This document shows, piece by piece, positions 17,805-27,568 of a stretch of 64,000 nucleotides of DNA. Each line of letters opens with the position of its first letter. The first letter of the stretch is position 1. The position numbers and the translations under genes are program-made. This DNA is from Actinomycetota bacterium (lineage in GTDB: Bacteria > Actinomycetota > UBA4738 > HRBIN12), in NCBI GenBank assembly GCA_040881665.1, contig JBBECT010000004.1:117782-181781 (forward strand). The letters run 5' to 3'. Under the pieces are notes generated by a model. That model was given only the letters and a program-made list of their open reading frames with translations. It was not told the DNA's origin and did not search any database.

Positions 17805-19907
17805 TCACTCGGGGGCGCGCGCCTCCGCGAGCGCGTCCACCGCCACGGCCCCACGCGCCCCCACCAGGAGCGGGTTCGCCTCGAGGGAGGTCAGCCGGCC
17901 GCGCAGATCGTGGGCGGCACGCGCGATCGCTTCTACGGCCTTCGCGACGGCCTTCAGATCGTGCTCCTCGGCGTCGAGCCCACACCGGGATGCTTGTTCG
18001 TCCACGTAGCGTTGCGCTTGCTTGGGCGAGAGCGGCGCCGGGACGAACACGGCCTCGCCCATCTCGGCCCGCCCCCCGCCGGGACGCATCGTGATGCACG
18101 CACCGAAACGCTCGTCGATCACCGCGCCGACCAGCACCTCGTGGCCACGCACCATCTGCTGCACGATCACCTTCGGAGCCTTGGCGCCCGCGCGTTCCGC
18201 CGCCGTGAGGACCTCCCCGGCCGCCTCCGCCACCTCGGTCGGATCCTTCAGCCCGAGCCGGACGCCACCGAGCTTCGCCTTGTGCGGGATCTCCGGCGCG
18301 AGCGCCTTCACGGCGACCTGGCCCCCGATCGCCCGCGCCGCCTTGGCTGCCTGCTCCGGGGTCGTGACGACGTGCTCCTTCGGCCGCTTCACCCCGTAGA
18401 GCTCGAGCAACGCCGCCCCCTGTTCCTCGTCGAGCGCGCCCTCGAGTCCACGCAGCAGCCGCATCGCCTTCGTCCGCGCCGGGTGCGCCTCGAGATCGGG
18501 CACACGACGCTCCTTCGCCGACTGCAGGTCGACGAGTGCCTTGATCGCACCGGCGGCGGCACGATGTCCCTGCAGGAACGGGATCTGCGCGTCGTCCACG
18601 AAGATCTTCGCGGCCTTCGGGTACGACAGCGGGCTCATCGCCACCGATGCGAACACGGTCTTCGTCTCCTTCTGCAGCTCGCGCACCCGTTGGAGCACCG
18701 GTTCGGCCCAGCTGTCCTCACCCTCGAGCCGGGGAGGGAACGCGTCGAACGCGACGAAGCCGACGTTCGGATCGTTGGCGAGCGCCTCGAGGGCGCCGAC
18801 GAACATGTGGGTCTCGACCGCGGCCTGTCCGGTCACGTCGAGCGGGTTGTTGAGGTTCGCGAACGACGGAAGGGTCGCGCGTAGCTTCTTCGCCGTCGCC
18901 TTCTCGAACTCCGGAAGGTCGAGCCCGGCCGCACCGGCCGCCTCCGCGTAGAGTGTGCAGGCCCCGCCGGACTGCAGCGCAGCCGAGACGCCGGTCGTCG
19001 TGAGCTTGCGGTGGTAGCTGAGCAACAGGGCGGCCTCGAACATCTCGACCGGGTCGGCGACCAGCGTCGCACCAAGCCCGCGGAGCCACGCGTCGCGCAG
19101 GTCCGTATCGCCGGCGAGGGCGCCCGTGTGTGCGACGATCGACCGCCGGGCGGCCTCGCTCTTGCCACCCGGAGCGCACACGAGGATCGGCTTCCTCGCG
19201 TCGGCGAGGGCGCGCAGGCCGCGCTCGATCCCCTCGACGTCGCGCATCGTCTCGATGTAGGTCGTGACAACGCTCGTGTGCGGATCGTCGGCGGCCCACT
19301 CGAACATGTCGCCGAGCCCGAGCACCGCCTCGTTCCCGACGCCGAGGATGATCCGTAGGCCGACCCCGCGGTCCGAGGCGATCTGGTTCATCGTCCACGC
19401 GACCGTTCCCGACTGGGAGAGCACACTGATCGAGCCCGGGATCGGATCGGGTGGCGGCGTCGTGCCGTACGCGGCAACGCGATCGACGTAGTTGATGAAC
19501 CCTTCGACGTTCGGCCCGAGGACCGGCATCTTGTGGTTCGCGGCCACCTCCTGGAGCTGGCGCTGGAGCTCGCGACCTTCGTCCCCCGCCTCGGCGAATC
19601 CAGACGACACCACCATCGCCGAGCGCACGCCTGCTGCACCCGCCTCGTCGACCGCGCGCACCGCGACCTTCGCGGGAACGACGCACACGAGCAGATCCAC
19701 GCCCTTCGGCAGGTCTCCGGCCGAGGCGTAGCAGCGCCGTCCCCACACCTGTTCGTATTTAGGGTTCACCGGGAGGATCTCCCCGGAGAACCCGACGTGC
19801 TGCAGGCTCCGGAAGATCTCCGGCGCCCACGAGTCCGGCGACTCCGAGGCACCGACGATCGCGATCGATCTCGGTGCGAGCAGCGGCTCGAGCTTCGACG
19901 GCTTCAC
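17805..19907 (-). CDS. acetate--CoA ligase (ADP-forming) / NDP-forming acyl-CoA synthetase, fused alpha-beta, 700 aa
   Basis: CoA-binding N-terminal domain, succinyl-CoA synthetase-like ligase domain and ATP-grasp C-terminal domain. The start overlaps the stop of the upstream enoyl-CoA hydratase. Confidence 0.85.
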   Translation of the reverse strand: MKPSKLEPLLAPRSIAIVGASESPDSWAPEIFRSLQHVGFSGEILPVNPKYEQVWGRRCYASAGDLPKGVDLLVCVVPAKVAVRAVDEAGAAGVRSAMVVSSGFAEAGDEGRELQRQLQEVAANHKMPVLGPNVEGFINYVDRVAAYGTTPPPDPIPGSISVLSQSGTVAWTMNQIASDRGVGLRIILGVGNEAVLGLGDMFEWAADDPHTSVVTTYIETMRDVEGIERGLRALADARKPILVCAPGGKSEAARRSIVAHTGALAGDTDLRDAWLRGLGATLVADPVEMFEAALLLSYHRKLTTTGVSAALQSGGACTLYAEAAGAAGLDLPEFEKATAKKLRATLPSFANLNNPLDVTGQAAVETHMFVGALEALANDPNVGFVAFDAFPPRLEGEDSWAEPVLQRVRELQKETKTVFASVAMSPLSYPKAAKIFVDDAQIPFLQGHRAAAGAIKALVDLQSAKERRVPDLEAHPARTKAMRLLRGLEGALDEEQGAALLELYGVKRPKEHVVTTPEQAAKAARAIGGQVAVKALAPEIPHKAKLGGVRLGLKDPTEVAEAAGEVLTAAERAGAKAPKVIVQQMVRGHEVLVGAVIDERFGACITMRPGGGRAEMGEAVFVPAPLSPKQAQRYVDEQASRCGLDAEEHDLKAVAKAVEAIARAAHDLRGRLTSLEANPLLVGARGAVAVDALAEARAPE

Positions 19908-20767
19908 GCGTCACCGCCGCCGTGCTGCTCGCGGAAGCGCGCGTCGCGCCAGGCGATCGCTTCCTTCAGTCCCTTCTCGAGCGTGATCGAGCGGAACTCC
20001 TCGCGCTCGGGGAGGTCCGCCGTCTCGATCAGGGTGTCGAGCGCGACGTTCGCATCGATCGCCTCGCGGAACCCCTGCACCTCCCACATCTTGTTGATCG
20101 CCTTCTTCTGGAGTGAGATCGCGAACGGATCGTTCTTCGCGATCTCGTTCGCGAGTTCGAGTGTCGCGTCGTCGAGGTTCTCGCGCGGCACCACGCGGTT
20201 CACGAGCCCGATCGCCTTCGCCTCCTCCGCCGAGATGCGGTCCTCGCCGGTGAACAGCAGCTCCTTCGACTTGCGGGAACCGATCACCCACGGCATCACC
20301 ATCGTGACGACGCCGGACCCGAACCGGATCTCCGGCTCGCCGAACCGCGCGTCATCCGACGCCACACACAGGTCGCACACCATCATCAGGTCGCAACCGC
20401 CTGCGAGGCAGTAGGAGTGCACCTGGGCGATCACCGGCTTGGGATGGTCGAAGAACGCGAGCATGTCGTCGGCCGAATGCTTCAACTCCTCGTACCAGCC
20501 GGCGGAGTCCTTCGTGCCGGCGTTCGCGTCCTCGTTGAGGTCGTAGCCGGAGCAGAACGCTCGGCCCTCCCCGCGAAGGACCAAGACGCGAACCGTGTCG
20601 TCGTCCGCCGCCGACGCGAGCGCCTGCTGCATCGCGCCGAGCAAGGTGCCATTGAGCGCATTCAACGCTTTCGGTCGGTTCATCGTCAGCCGGCGAACGG
20701 GACCGATGTTCTCGACGAGCAGGACGGGGCCGGTGTTCTCGGGGGTGCTGATGCTCTCACTCCTCAC
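19904..20767 (-). CDS. enoyl-CoA hydratase/isomerase (crotonase family)
   Basis: Crotonase fold; the region around LTMNRPKALNALN matches the family. Proposed GTG start at 20765-20767 has AGGTGGGGA 10 nt upstream. The track ORF extends further upstream, to 21271, but that part is Arg/Gly-rich. Confidence 0.75.
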   Translation of the reverse strand: MRSESISTPENTGPVLLVENIGPVRRLTMNRPKALNALNGTLLGAMQQALASAADDDTVRVLVLRGEGRAFCSGYDLNEDANAGTKDSAGWYEELKHSADDMLAFFDHPKPVIAQVHSYCLAGGCDLMMVCDLCVASDDARFGEPEIRFGSGVVTMVMPWVIGSRKSKELLFTGEDRISAEEAKAIGLVNRVVPRENLDDATLELANEIAKNDPFAISLQKKAINKMWEVQGFREAIDANVALDTLIETADLPEREEFRSITLEKGLKEAIAWRDARFREQHGGGDA

Positions 20768-20935
20768 CGCGTGACGGTCCCCACCTGCGCGCGGGAACCG
20801 GGCCGCCGCATCATACAAGAGCAGGTCAGGGCACCGATCCATGCCCGACGCGGGCTCCTCGCGCCGGCCGATCGACCCGAAGGAGCATCCGCGCGTGCAT
20901 TGCCGAAGGGCGGGACCGTGGCCCAGGATGGACGG

Positions 20936-22228
20936 ATGCCGCCCCGACACGACCGCGCGCGCACCCGCATCGACCGCCGGACGTTCCTGCACGCTTCGCT
21001 GGCGGCGACCGCCGGGATCGCGACAGCCGGTCTGGTCGCCGGCTGCCGCAAGACTGCCGCCTCCGGGCCCGCGGGTCCGACGACCGGCGTGCTGCTCGAT
21101 CCCGGAAGGCCGAGCGTGTGGCCGATCGACGAACGCGCGGCGCCGATCCCCGGCGGGCTCACCCCCGAGCGCGGCGCCACTCTGCGCGTGTACCAGTGGC
21201 GCGACTACCTCTACGACGATGTGCTCGAGTCGTTCGCCCGCCGCCACGCGCGCTACGGCGTCGACGTCCACGTGGAGAGCTTCACCACGATGGAGGAGGC
21301 GATCGCCCGGCTCCGCCGCCCGGGGGCGTCCTTCGACGTATTCTTCCCCACGATCGACGCGCTGCCCGACCTGGTCCTATCGGGGATGCTCCGGCCCCTC
21401 AACCACGCCTACCTGCCGAACGTGGCGAACCTGTGGCCCTGGTTCCGCGGGTCCTCGCGTCCCTTCTACGACGCCGGGCAGCGCTTCACCGTGCCATACA
21501 CGGTGTATTCGAGCGGGATCGCCTACAACCGCGACCTCGTCCGCGACGTCGACGCTCCTCCGACGGCCGGGTTCGACCTGTTGTGGAACGAGCGGTACGC
21601 CGGGGCGACGGCCTTCTACGACCAGTACCGCGAGGCGATCGCCCTGTCGCTGCTGCGCGACGGCCTCGACGATCCGATGCGCGCGAGCGACGTCGAGATC
21701 GAACGGGCAGCGTCCTCGCTCGTCGATGCGGTCGGAGGTCTGGACGCGCGTCTGGCAACCGACGCGGCCTACAGGGACGTTCCGGCGGGGCGCCTCGCCG
21801 CGGCGCAGGCGTGGTCGGGCGACGTGGTCTCGGCCGTTCGCCACGGCCGCGGCGGGCCGCGGGCCGCGGACCGTTTGGGCTACTGGTGGCCGATGACCGG
21901 AGGCGTCGTCGGCATCGATCTCACGGCCGTGCTCATCCAAGGCCGCAACCCCGTCCTCGCGCACGCGTTCCTCGATCACCTGCTCGACGAGCGCGTCGCG
22001 ATCGAGAATTACTCCTGGAACGGATACCAACCGCCCGTCGCCGCGCTCGACCGAGCATCGCTCTCGTCGCCCGGTTCGCCGTGGACCGGGATGCTGCCCG
22101 ATCACCTGCTGCATTGCGGCGTGCTGACCCAGCGCGAGTTGGAGCAGGGACGGTTCCTCGTGCGGCCGGCGCCCTCGGCCGACGGGACGTGGTTGCGAGC
22201 GTGGCAGCGCGTGGTCGCAGCGACCTGA
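20936..22228 (+). CDS. spermidine/putrescine-type ABC transporter substrate-binding protein (PotD/PotF family), TAT-signal lipoprotein
   Basis: RRTFLHASLAATAG TAT motif followed by a Cys lipobox and a PotD-like body. ATG verified at 20936. Confidence 0.75.
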   Translation: MPPRHDRARTRIDRRTFLHASLAATAGIATAGLVAGCRKTAASGPAGPTTGVLLDPGRPSVWPIDERAAPIPGGLTPERGATLRVYQWRDYLYDDVLESFARRHARYGVDVHVESFTTMEEAIARLRRPGASFDVFFPTIDALPDLVLSGMLRPLNHAYLPNVANLWPWFRGSSRPFYDAGQRFTVPYTVYSSGIAYNRDLVRDVDAPPTAGFDLLWNERYAGATAFYDQYREAIALSLLRDGLDDPMRASDVEIERAASSLVDAVGGLDARLATDAAYRDVPAGRLAAAQAWSGDVVSAVRHGRGGPRAADRLGYWWPMTGGVVGIDLTAVLIQGRNPVLAHAFLDHLLDERVAIENYSWNGYQPPVAALDRASLSSPGSPWTGMLPDHLLHCGVLTQRELEQGRFLVRPAPSADGTWLRAWQRVVAAT

Positions 22229-22238
22229 CCCGCCGCGG

Positions 22239-22742
22239 TCAGATCGTCGATCCGGCCCGGGCGAGCGCGAAGGTCACGTCCGGGTCGTAGCCGCGGGTGC
22301 GCAGCACGCTGTCGCCTGTCGTCGCGTCGATCATCTCGAACCACAGGTTCCGGTCGTCGCAGATGCCCTGGCGGTTCGGGTGGCGGCTCGCCTGAACCAG
22401 CTCGCCCTTGAAATCGGAGATACAGATCCCCCGGGTAAGGACCACCCACGCCGTGGCATCCGTCCCCTCGAACCGGTCGTGGACCGTGGCCAGCGACAGC
22501 ACCGCGGTGCGACGTGCGCGGTCGCCGTAGGTGCCCTGGGTCCGAGCGGCCTCGGGATCGATCGCAGGCACGAATCCGTCCGGCGGGGGGCGGAGCTCGA
22601 AGCCGAGGGACCCCGGCAGCTCCTGGACGCCCGTCTGTCGCAGGGTCGCGTAGGCGTCCGGTCCCCCACGGAACGCGAGGAGCGCGGCAACCGCCGCACC
22701 GACCGCCGCGAGGCCGGCCACTCCGATCATCCACTTGCGCAC
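22239..22742 (-). CDS. hypothetical exported/membrane-anchored protein, 167 aa
   Basis: N-terminal hydrophobic segment and ordinary composition; no recognisable domain. Confidence 0.4.
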   Translation of the reverse strand: MRKWMIGVAGLAAVGAAVAALLAFRGGPDAYATLRQTGVQELPGSLGFELRPPPDGFVPAIDPEAARTQGTYGDRARRTAVLSLATVHDRFEGTDATAWVVLTRGICISDFKGELVQASRHPNRQGICDDRNLWFEMIDATTGDSVLRTRGYDPDVTFALARAGSTI

Positions 22743-22808
22743 CGTTCGAGGACCTCCCTACCCGGAAGGTCCACGCTACCCGCGTGAACCAACGAACCGC
22801 CAGGCAGC

Positions 22809-24062
22809 TCAGACCAGCAGCTCGATGAGCAGCTGCGCGGCGTGACGACCGGAGCGCAGCGCCCCCTCCATCGTTCCCACATGATCTGGGTCGGCGACAT
22901 GCTCCCCGGCGAACGCGACCGATCCCCATCGCTCCTGCAGCAGGGGCAACCGATCCCGTCCCGGAGCGTCGAGGGCCGAGTACGCGCCGCGAGCGAAGGG
23001 CTCGTCGGCCCACACCTGCAGCCGCGCGCGGCCCTCGAGCGCAACGTCGGGAACCAGTTCGCGCAGGCGCTCGAGCCACACGGTCGGATCACCCCCCGCG
23101 ACCTTCAGGGCCCGCACCGCCGCGGGGGAGCCGCAGAACGAGGTCAGCGTCGGCCGGGTTCGGCCGTCGGCACCCGCGGCGATCCAGCACCACATCGGGA
23201 TCCGCGCGCTCTGGACGGACCGGGGACGCGCTCCCGGTTCGATCGCCACCGCGAGCTTGGCGGCGACCCCCATCGGACGCTCGCGCAGCGCCGCCGAGAC
23301 TCCGACGGGCAGGGGTGGTTCGAACGCGATCTCCGGGACGATCGTGACCGGCACCGCGATCACGGCCGCCGTCCCGGACACCGTCACCTCCCGGCCGTCG
23401 GCCCGCTCGGCGAACACCCGCACCGAGCCCTCCTCCTGCCGGACCCGCGTGACGCGGTGGCGCAGGCGCACATCGGCCAAGGAATCGGCGATCGCGACGG
23501 CGACGGACTGGTTGCCCTCCTCGCAGCGGAGGTACTCGGCACGATCGAGCGAGAGGTCGCCCGGTTCGAGGCTCGCGAGCGGGACCCGCGCCAGGTCCAC
23601 CGCGCAGGTTCCCTGCAGCCGCATGCGCAGCGTCGCGACCGCGCCGGGATCCGTATCGATCCCGTCGAGGAAGTCGGCGATCGAAGCCGCGTCCACCGTG
23701 CCCACATCCAGCGTCGCGAGACGGGTCGCGGCGGAGGCGACGGCGGACTCGAACGCCGCGAGGGACGGCGCCCCAGGCCCGGCGGGCGTCCGTCGCCGGT
23801 AGTCCGTTCGGGTGGGCGCCAAGGCGAGACCGAACCGATCGCACAGGGTCCGGATCTCGGCGTCGCCGGGCATGATCCACTCGCCCCCGAGCTCGATCAC
23901 CGACCCGTTCGGCAGGCGGGACGATCGAACCCTGCCCCCCGGCTCGAATCGCGCGTCCAGCACGGTCGTCGCGACTCCCCGGTCCTGCAGAGCACGCGCG
24001 GCCGAGAGCCCGGCGAAACCGGCCCCAACCACGACGACCCTCGGCGACGTATCTCTCAACAT
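22809..24062 (-). CDS. flavin-containing amine oxidase (polyamine/monoamine oxidase family)
   Basis: N-terminal VVVVGAGFAGLSAARAL dinucleotide-binding motif and an amine-oxidase-like body. Confidence 0.8.
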   Translation of the reverse strand: MLRDTSPRVVVVGAGFAGLSAARALQDRGVATTVLDARFEPGGRVRSSRLPNGSVIELGGEWIMPGDAEIRTLCDRFGLALAPTRTDYRRRTPAGPGAPSLAAFESAVASAATRLATLDVGTVDAASIADFLDGIDTDPGAVATLRMRLQGTCAVDLARVPLASLEPGDLSLDRAEYLRCEEGNQSVAVAIADSLADVRLRHRVTRVRQEEGSVRVFAERADGREVTVSGTAAVIAVPVTIVPEIAFEPPLPVGVSAALRERPMGVAAKLAVAIEPGARPRSVQSARIPMWCWIAAGADGRTRPTLTSFCGSPAAVRALKVAGGDPTVWLERLRELVPDVALEGRARLQVWADEPFARGAYSALDAPGRDRLPLLQERWGSVAFAGEHVADPDHVGTMEGALRSGRHAAQLLIELLV

Positions 24063-24097
24063 ACGGTCACGCCCGGTCGACGCGGTGGAAGGCTTGC

Positions 24098-24113
24098 GTA
24101 GTCCGGTCGGACT
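24098..24113. promoter_or_regulatory. 16-bp perfect palindrome TAGTCCGGTCGGACTA in the divergent amine oxidase / polyamine binding-protein intergenic region, candidate operator
   Basis: Seen in the sequence between the minus-strand amine oxidase start (24062) and the + strand binding-protein start (24195). Confidence 0.4.
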
Positions 24114-24194
24114 ATGGTACTCACCCGCCTGAACCGCGAGTCAGACCCCGGGGCGGTCCCGGAGGTGGCTCGCCTGGCATCGCAAGGAGGGCCG

Positions 24195-25481
24195 ATGCTG
24201 CGTCACCCACGAGACCGATCGAGCTCCATCAGCCGTCGCGAGTTCCTTCGGCGCGCCGCGGCTGCCGGCATCGCGCTCCCCAGTGCCGCGGCGATCCTCG
24301 CCGCCTGCCAGGGCGGCGACGACACCACGACCACCTCGGACACCGGCGTCGGCTTCAACCTCACGCCGTCACCGGACGACCCCGTCACGATGCCGATCTA
24401 CGACGACAACCCGGCGATCGCCTCGAACCTGGAGCCGGAGACCGACACGGTCTTCAAGGTCTTCAACTGGACCGACTACTACTGGAAGAAGAAGCTCGAG
24501 GAGTTCGGTGCGATGTACGACGTCGAGGTCGAGTACACGAACTTCTACAACATGGAGCAGGCCGTCGAGCGGCTGCGCACCGGTGACCTGGACGCCGATG
24601 TGTTCTTCCCGACGATCGATCAGCTCGGGCGTCTCGTGGCCGGCAAGCTGCTGCAGCCCATCAATCATGACTACGTCGGCACCTTCGACAACGTCTGGGC
24701 CGAACTCCAGAGCCCCTTCTACGACCAGGAATCGCGCTACTCGGTCCCGTACGTGATCTATACGACGGGGGTCGGGTTCCTGCGTACCGCGATCGACCCG
24801 GACGAGGTCTTCGCGATGGAGAACCCGTACGAGATCCTCTGGGACGAGAGGTTCGCCGGGAAGGTCGGTGTCTACGACGACTTCCGCGAGGCGATCGCGA
24901 TGTCGCTGCTGAAGAACGGCATCGCCGATGTCAACACGGAGGATCCCGCCGACATCGACGTGGCGAAGAATGATCTGATCGAGATGGTGAACACCGTCGA
25001 CGCGCGGTTCTCGATCAACGGCGCCTACGCGAAGCTGCCGCAGGGTGTGTTCGACGTCCACCAGGCGTGGTCGGGAGATATGATCGGTGCCCAGTACTAC
25101 ACGGGCAACGACGTCACCGCGGAAGACCTCGCCTTCTGGTTCCCGGAGGAAGGTGGCGGGGTGATCGGCAACGACCTCATGGCGATCCCCGCCACGGCGA
25201 ACAACCCGGTCCTCGCCCACCTGTTCCTCGATTTCAGCCTCGATGCGAAGCACGGGCTCGAGAACTTCAGCTGGGTCGGCTACCAGCCGCCGCTGAAGTC
25301 GATGGAGGCCGACACGCTGGTCGCCGATGGGTACGTGCACGAGAGCGTGGCCAATGCCGTGGTCGGGCAGGGACAGTTCAAGGACAACGTCCGATACCTG
25401 GCCCTCTCGGCCGAGGGCGAACAGCTCTGGCTCGAGGCATGGGAGGAGATCAGCTCGGGCGCCTCGCAGGGCGACAGTTGA
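24195..25481 (+). CDS. spermidine/putrescine-type ABC transporter substrate-binding protein (PotD/PotF family), TAT-signal lipoprotein
   Basis: RREFLRRAAAAGIALPSAAAILAAC TAT-lipobox signal. ATG verified at 24195 with an AAGGAGG ribosome-binding site. Paralogous to the binding protein at 20936-22228. Confidence 0.8.
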   Translation: MLRHPRDRSSSISRREFLRRAAAAGIALPSAAAILAACQGGDDTTTTSDTGVGFNLTPSPDDPVTMPIYDDNPAIASNLEPETDTVFKVFNWTDYYWKKKLEEFGAMYDVEVEYTNFYNMEQAVERLRTGDLDADVFFPTIDQLGRLVAGKLLQPINHDYVGTFDNVWAELQSPFYDQESRYSVPYVIYTTGVGFLRTAIDPDEVFAMENPYEILWDERFAGKVGVYDDFREAIAMSLLKNGIADVNTEDPADIDVAKNDLIEMVNTVDARFSINGAYAKLPQGVFDVHQAWSGDMIGAQYYTGNDVTAEDLAFWFPEEGGGVIGNDLMAIPATANNPVLAHLFLDFSLDAKHGLENFSWVGYQPPLKSMEADTLVADGYVHESVANAVVGQGQFKDNVRYLALSAEGEQLWLEAWEEISSGASQGDS

Positions 25482-25552
25482 TCGACCCGGCGCGGGCCAC
25501 CCCCTCCATCGGTACGATGCCGATGGAGGGGCACCGAGTGGGAGGCAGCTAG

Positions 25553-26581
25553 GTGGGTCGATCGACCACCGACACCGCACGCACCGCAACGGCGCTCGAC
25601 CGACTGCCCGGGGGCGGAGACGGCGCACCGGAGCCGGACGGGTCGAAGCGTCGGCGGAGGGGCCGGACGAGGGTCGTAGCACGAGGCGTCGGCCTGCCCA
25701 CCTGGTTCTGGAAGGCGTTCTCCGCTCCCGGTCTCCTCTGGCTGGTCGTCCTGTTCCTCGTACCCTTCTACACGGTGTTCGCCGTAGCGCTCGGGGGCCG
25801 GGATCCGATCTTCCTGAGCCCGGTCCCGGTCTACAACCCGATCGCGTGGAACCCGACCGAGTTCCAGAGCGTGGCGAGCCAGATCTTCGGCGGGGGTCCG
25901 CTCCAGGTCGTCCTGCTGCGTACCTTCGGGTATGTCGCGGTGGCCGCGGCGCTGTGTCTGATGATCGGCTACCCGGTCGCGTACTACATCTCGCGTCACG
26001 CGCGGAGAACCAAGGCTTTGCTGCTGGTCGCGCTGATCGCGCCCTTCTGGATCAGCTACCTGATGCGCATGCTGGCGTGGGTGAACCTGCTCGAAGAGAA
26101 CGGGATCGTGAACAGGTTCCTGCAACAGATGGGCCTGATCGGGCAGCCGATCAACTTTCTGAACGGGAGGCCGTCGACCGTCATCCTCGGGCTGGTGTAC
26201 GGCTACATCCCGTTCTTCATCCTGCCGCTGTACGCCTCGCTCGACCGGATCGGTCCGAGCATGCTCGAAGCGTCCCGTGACCTCGGCGCGAGTCCGCGGC
26301 GGACGTTCTTCCGGGTGACCTTGCCCCTGTCGCGACAGGGGATCCTCGCCGCGGGCGTGATCATCCTGCTCCCGATGTTCGGCGACTACTACACGAACAC
26401 CCTGCTGTCGGGGAACCCGAAGACGAACATGTTCGCGAACCTGATCGACCAGCAGCTGCACTCACGCACAGGACACGCCCGCGGAGCGTCGATGGTGATC
26501 ATCCTGTCGGCGCTGCTCCTCGTGTTCATGGGCTACTACCTCTGGAGCACCACCCGCGCGGCGAAGGAATACGAAGCATGA
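25553..26581 (+). CDS. polyamine ABC transporter permease (PotB/PotH-like)
   Basis: Six-helix ABC permease with an EAA loop. GTG verified at 25553 with a GGGAGG ribosome-binding site 7 nt upstream and an in-frame TAG just before it. Confidence 0.85.
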   Translation: MGRSTTDTARTATALDRLPGGGDGAPEPDGSKRRRRGRTRVVARGVGLPTWFWKAFSAPGLLWLVVLFLVPFYTVFAVALGGRDPIFLSPVPVYNPIAWNPTEFQSVASQIFGGGPLQVVLLRTFGYVAVAAALCLMIGYPVAYYISRHARRTKALLLVALIAPFWISYLMRMLAWVNLLEENGIVNRFLQQMGLIGQPINFLNGRPSTVILGLVYGYIPFFILPLYASLDRIGPSMLEASRDLGASPRRTFFRVTLPLSRQGILAAGVIILLPMFGDYYTNTLLSGNPKTNMFANLIDQQLHSRTGHARGASMVIILSALLLVFMGYYLWSTTRAAKEYEA

Positions 26582-27516
26582 GCGCGGCCGCACCCCCCCT
26601 CGACCAGCACGGACGGATCCGGACCTGGTTCGCGAACCCGTGGGGCAAACCGCGGTTCTTGGCCGTCCTGACCTGGGGATTCGTGCTCTGGTCGATCGTG
26701 CCGGTCGTCATCGCGGTGCTGATCTCGTTCAACTCGAACCGCTCGACATCCACGTTCACGGGACCGTCGTTGTTGTGGTGGACCGGCGGCGAGCTCGGCA
26801 CCACCGGTGAGGAGGTCCTCGGTGTCTTCACGGACCCCGACCTGCGCGGCGCCGTGGCACAGACCCTGAAGCTCGCGTTCGCCGACATGCTGATCGCGAC
26901 ACCGATCGGCGTCGCGTTGGCGCTCGGTCTGGCGCGTTGGCGCGGGCGCGGATCGGGGAGTGCGAACTTCCTGATGCTGTTCCCGCTCGTGACGCCGGAA
27001 CTGGTCATGGGAACCGCGCTGTTCCTGGTCTTCATCAACCTGTACGACTTCGTGAGCATGGGAACGCCCGCCCAGATCCTCGGACACGTGACGTTCTCCA
27101 TCTCCTACGTCGTGATCGTGGTGCGCGGGCGGCTGTTCACGATCGGTCGGGAGCAAGAGGAAGCCGCGATGGACCTCGGCGCCTCGCCCTTCGGCGCCCT
27201 GCGCCGCGTTCTGCTCCCGCTGCTGGCGCCCGCGATCTTCGCTTCGGCCATGATCGTGTTCGCGATCTCGATCGACGACTTCGTGATCACGAGCTACCTG
27301 CTCGGCGGACAAGACTCGACGACCGTGCCGGTGTTGATTTATCAAACGGCCCGAGCCGGCCCTACGCCGGCCTTGAACGGCGTCGCAACGCTGATGCTCG
27401 TGGGTTCTCTGGTCGCGATCACCTTGGGCGTGCTCGTCCAGCGTCGCGTGAACAGGCGGCGCGAGGGCGATCGGCGTGGGTCGGCGGTCGAGGATTTCGC
27501 GCGCTTCGAGCTGTAG
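26578..27516 (+). CDS. polyamine ABC transporter permease (PotC/PotI-like)
   Basis: ABC permease. ATG at 26578 overlaps the PotB stop (ATGA). Confidence 0.85.
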   Translation: MSAAAPPLDQHGRIRTWFANPWGKPRFLAVLTWGFVLWSIVPVVIAVLISFNSNRSTSTFTGPSLLWWTGGELGTTGEEVLGVFTDPDLRGAVAQTLKLAFADMLIATPIGVALALGLARWRGRGSGSANFLMLFPLVTPELVMGTALFLVFINLYDFVSMGTPAQILGHVTFSISYVVIVVRGRLFTIGREQEEAAMDLGASPFGALRRVLLPLLAPAIFASAMIVFAISIDDFVITSYLLGGQDSTTVPVLIYQTARAGPTPALNGVATLMLVGSLVAITLGVLVQRRVNRRREGDRRGSAVEDFARFEL

Positions 27517-27568
27517 CGATCCCGAGAAGTCGCAAGGGGGGCCTCCCCCAGGAGATGCGGCGGTCGGG

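Noticed and set aside
16716-18884. 722 aa + strand ORF antisense to the EamA and acetate-CoA ligase genes
   Set aside because: Composition artefact (Arg/Asp/Gly-rich) with no motifs.
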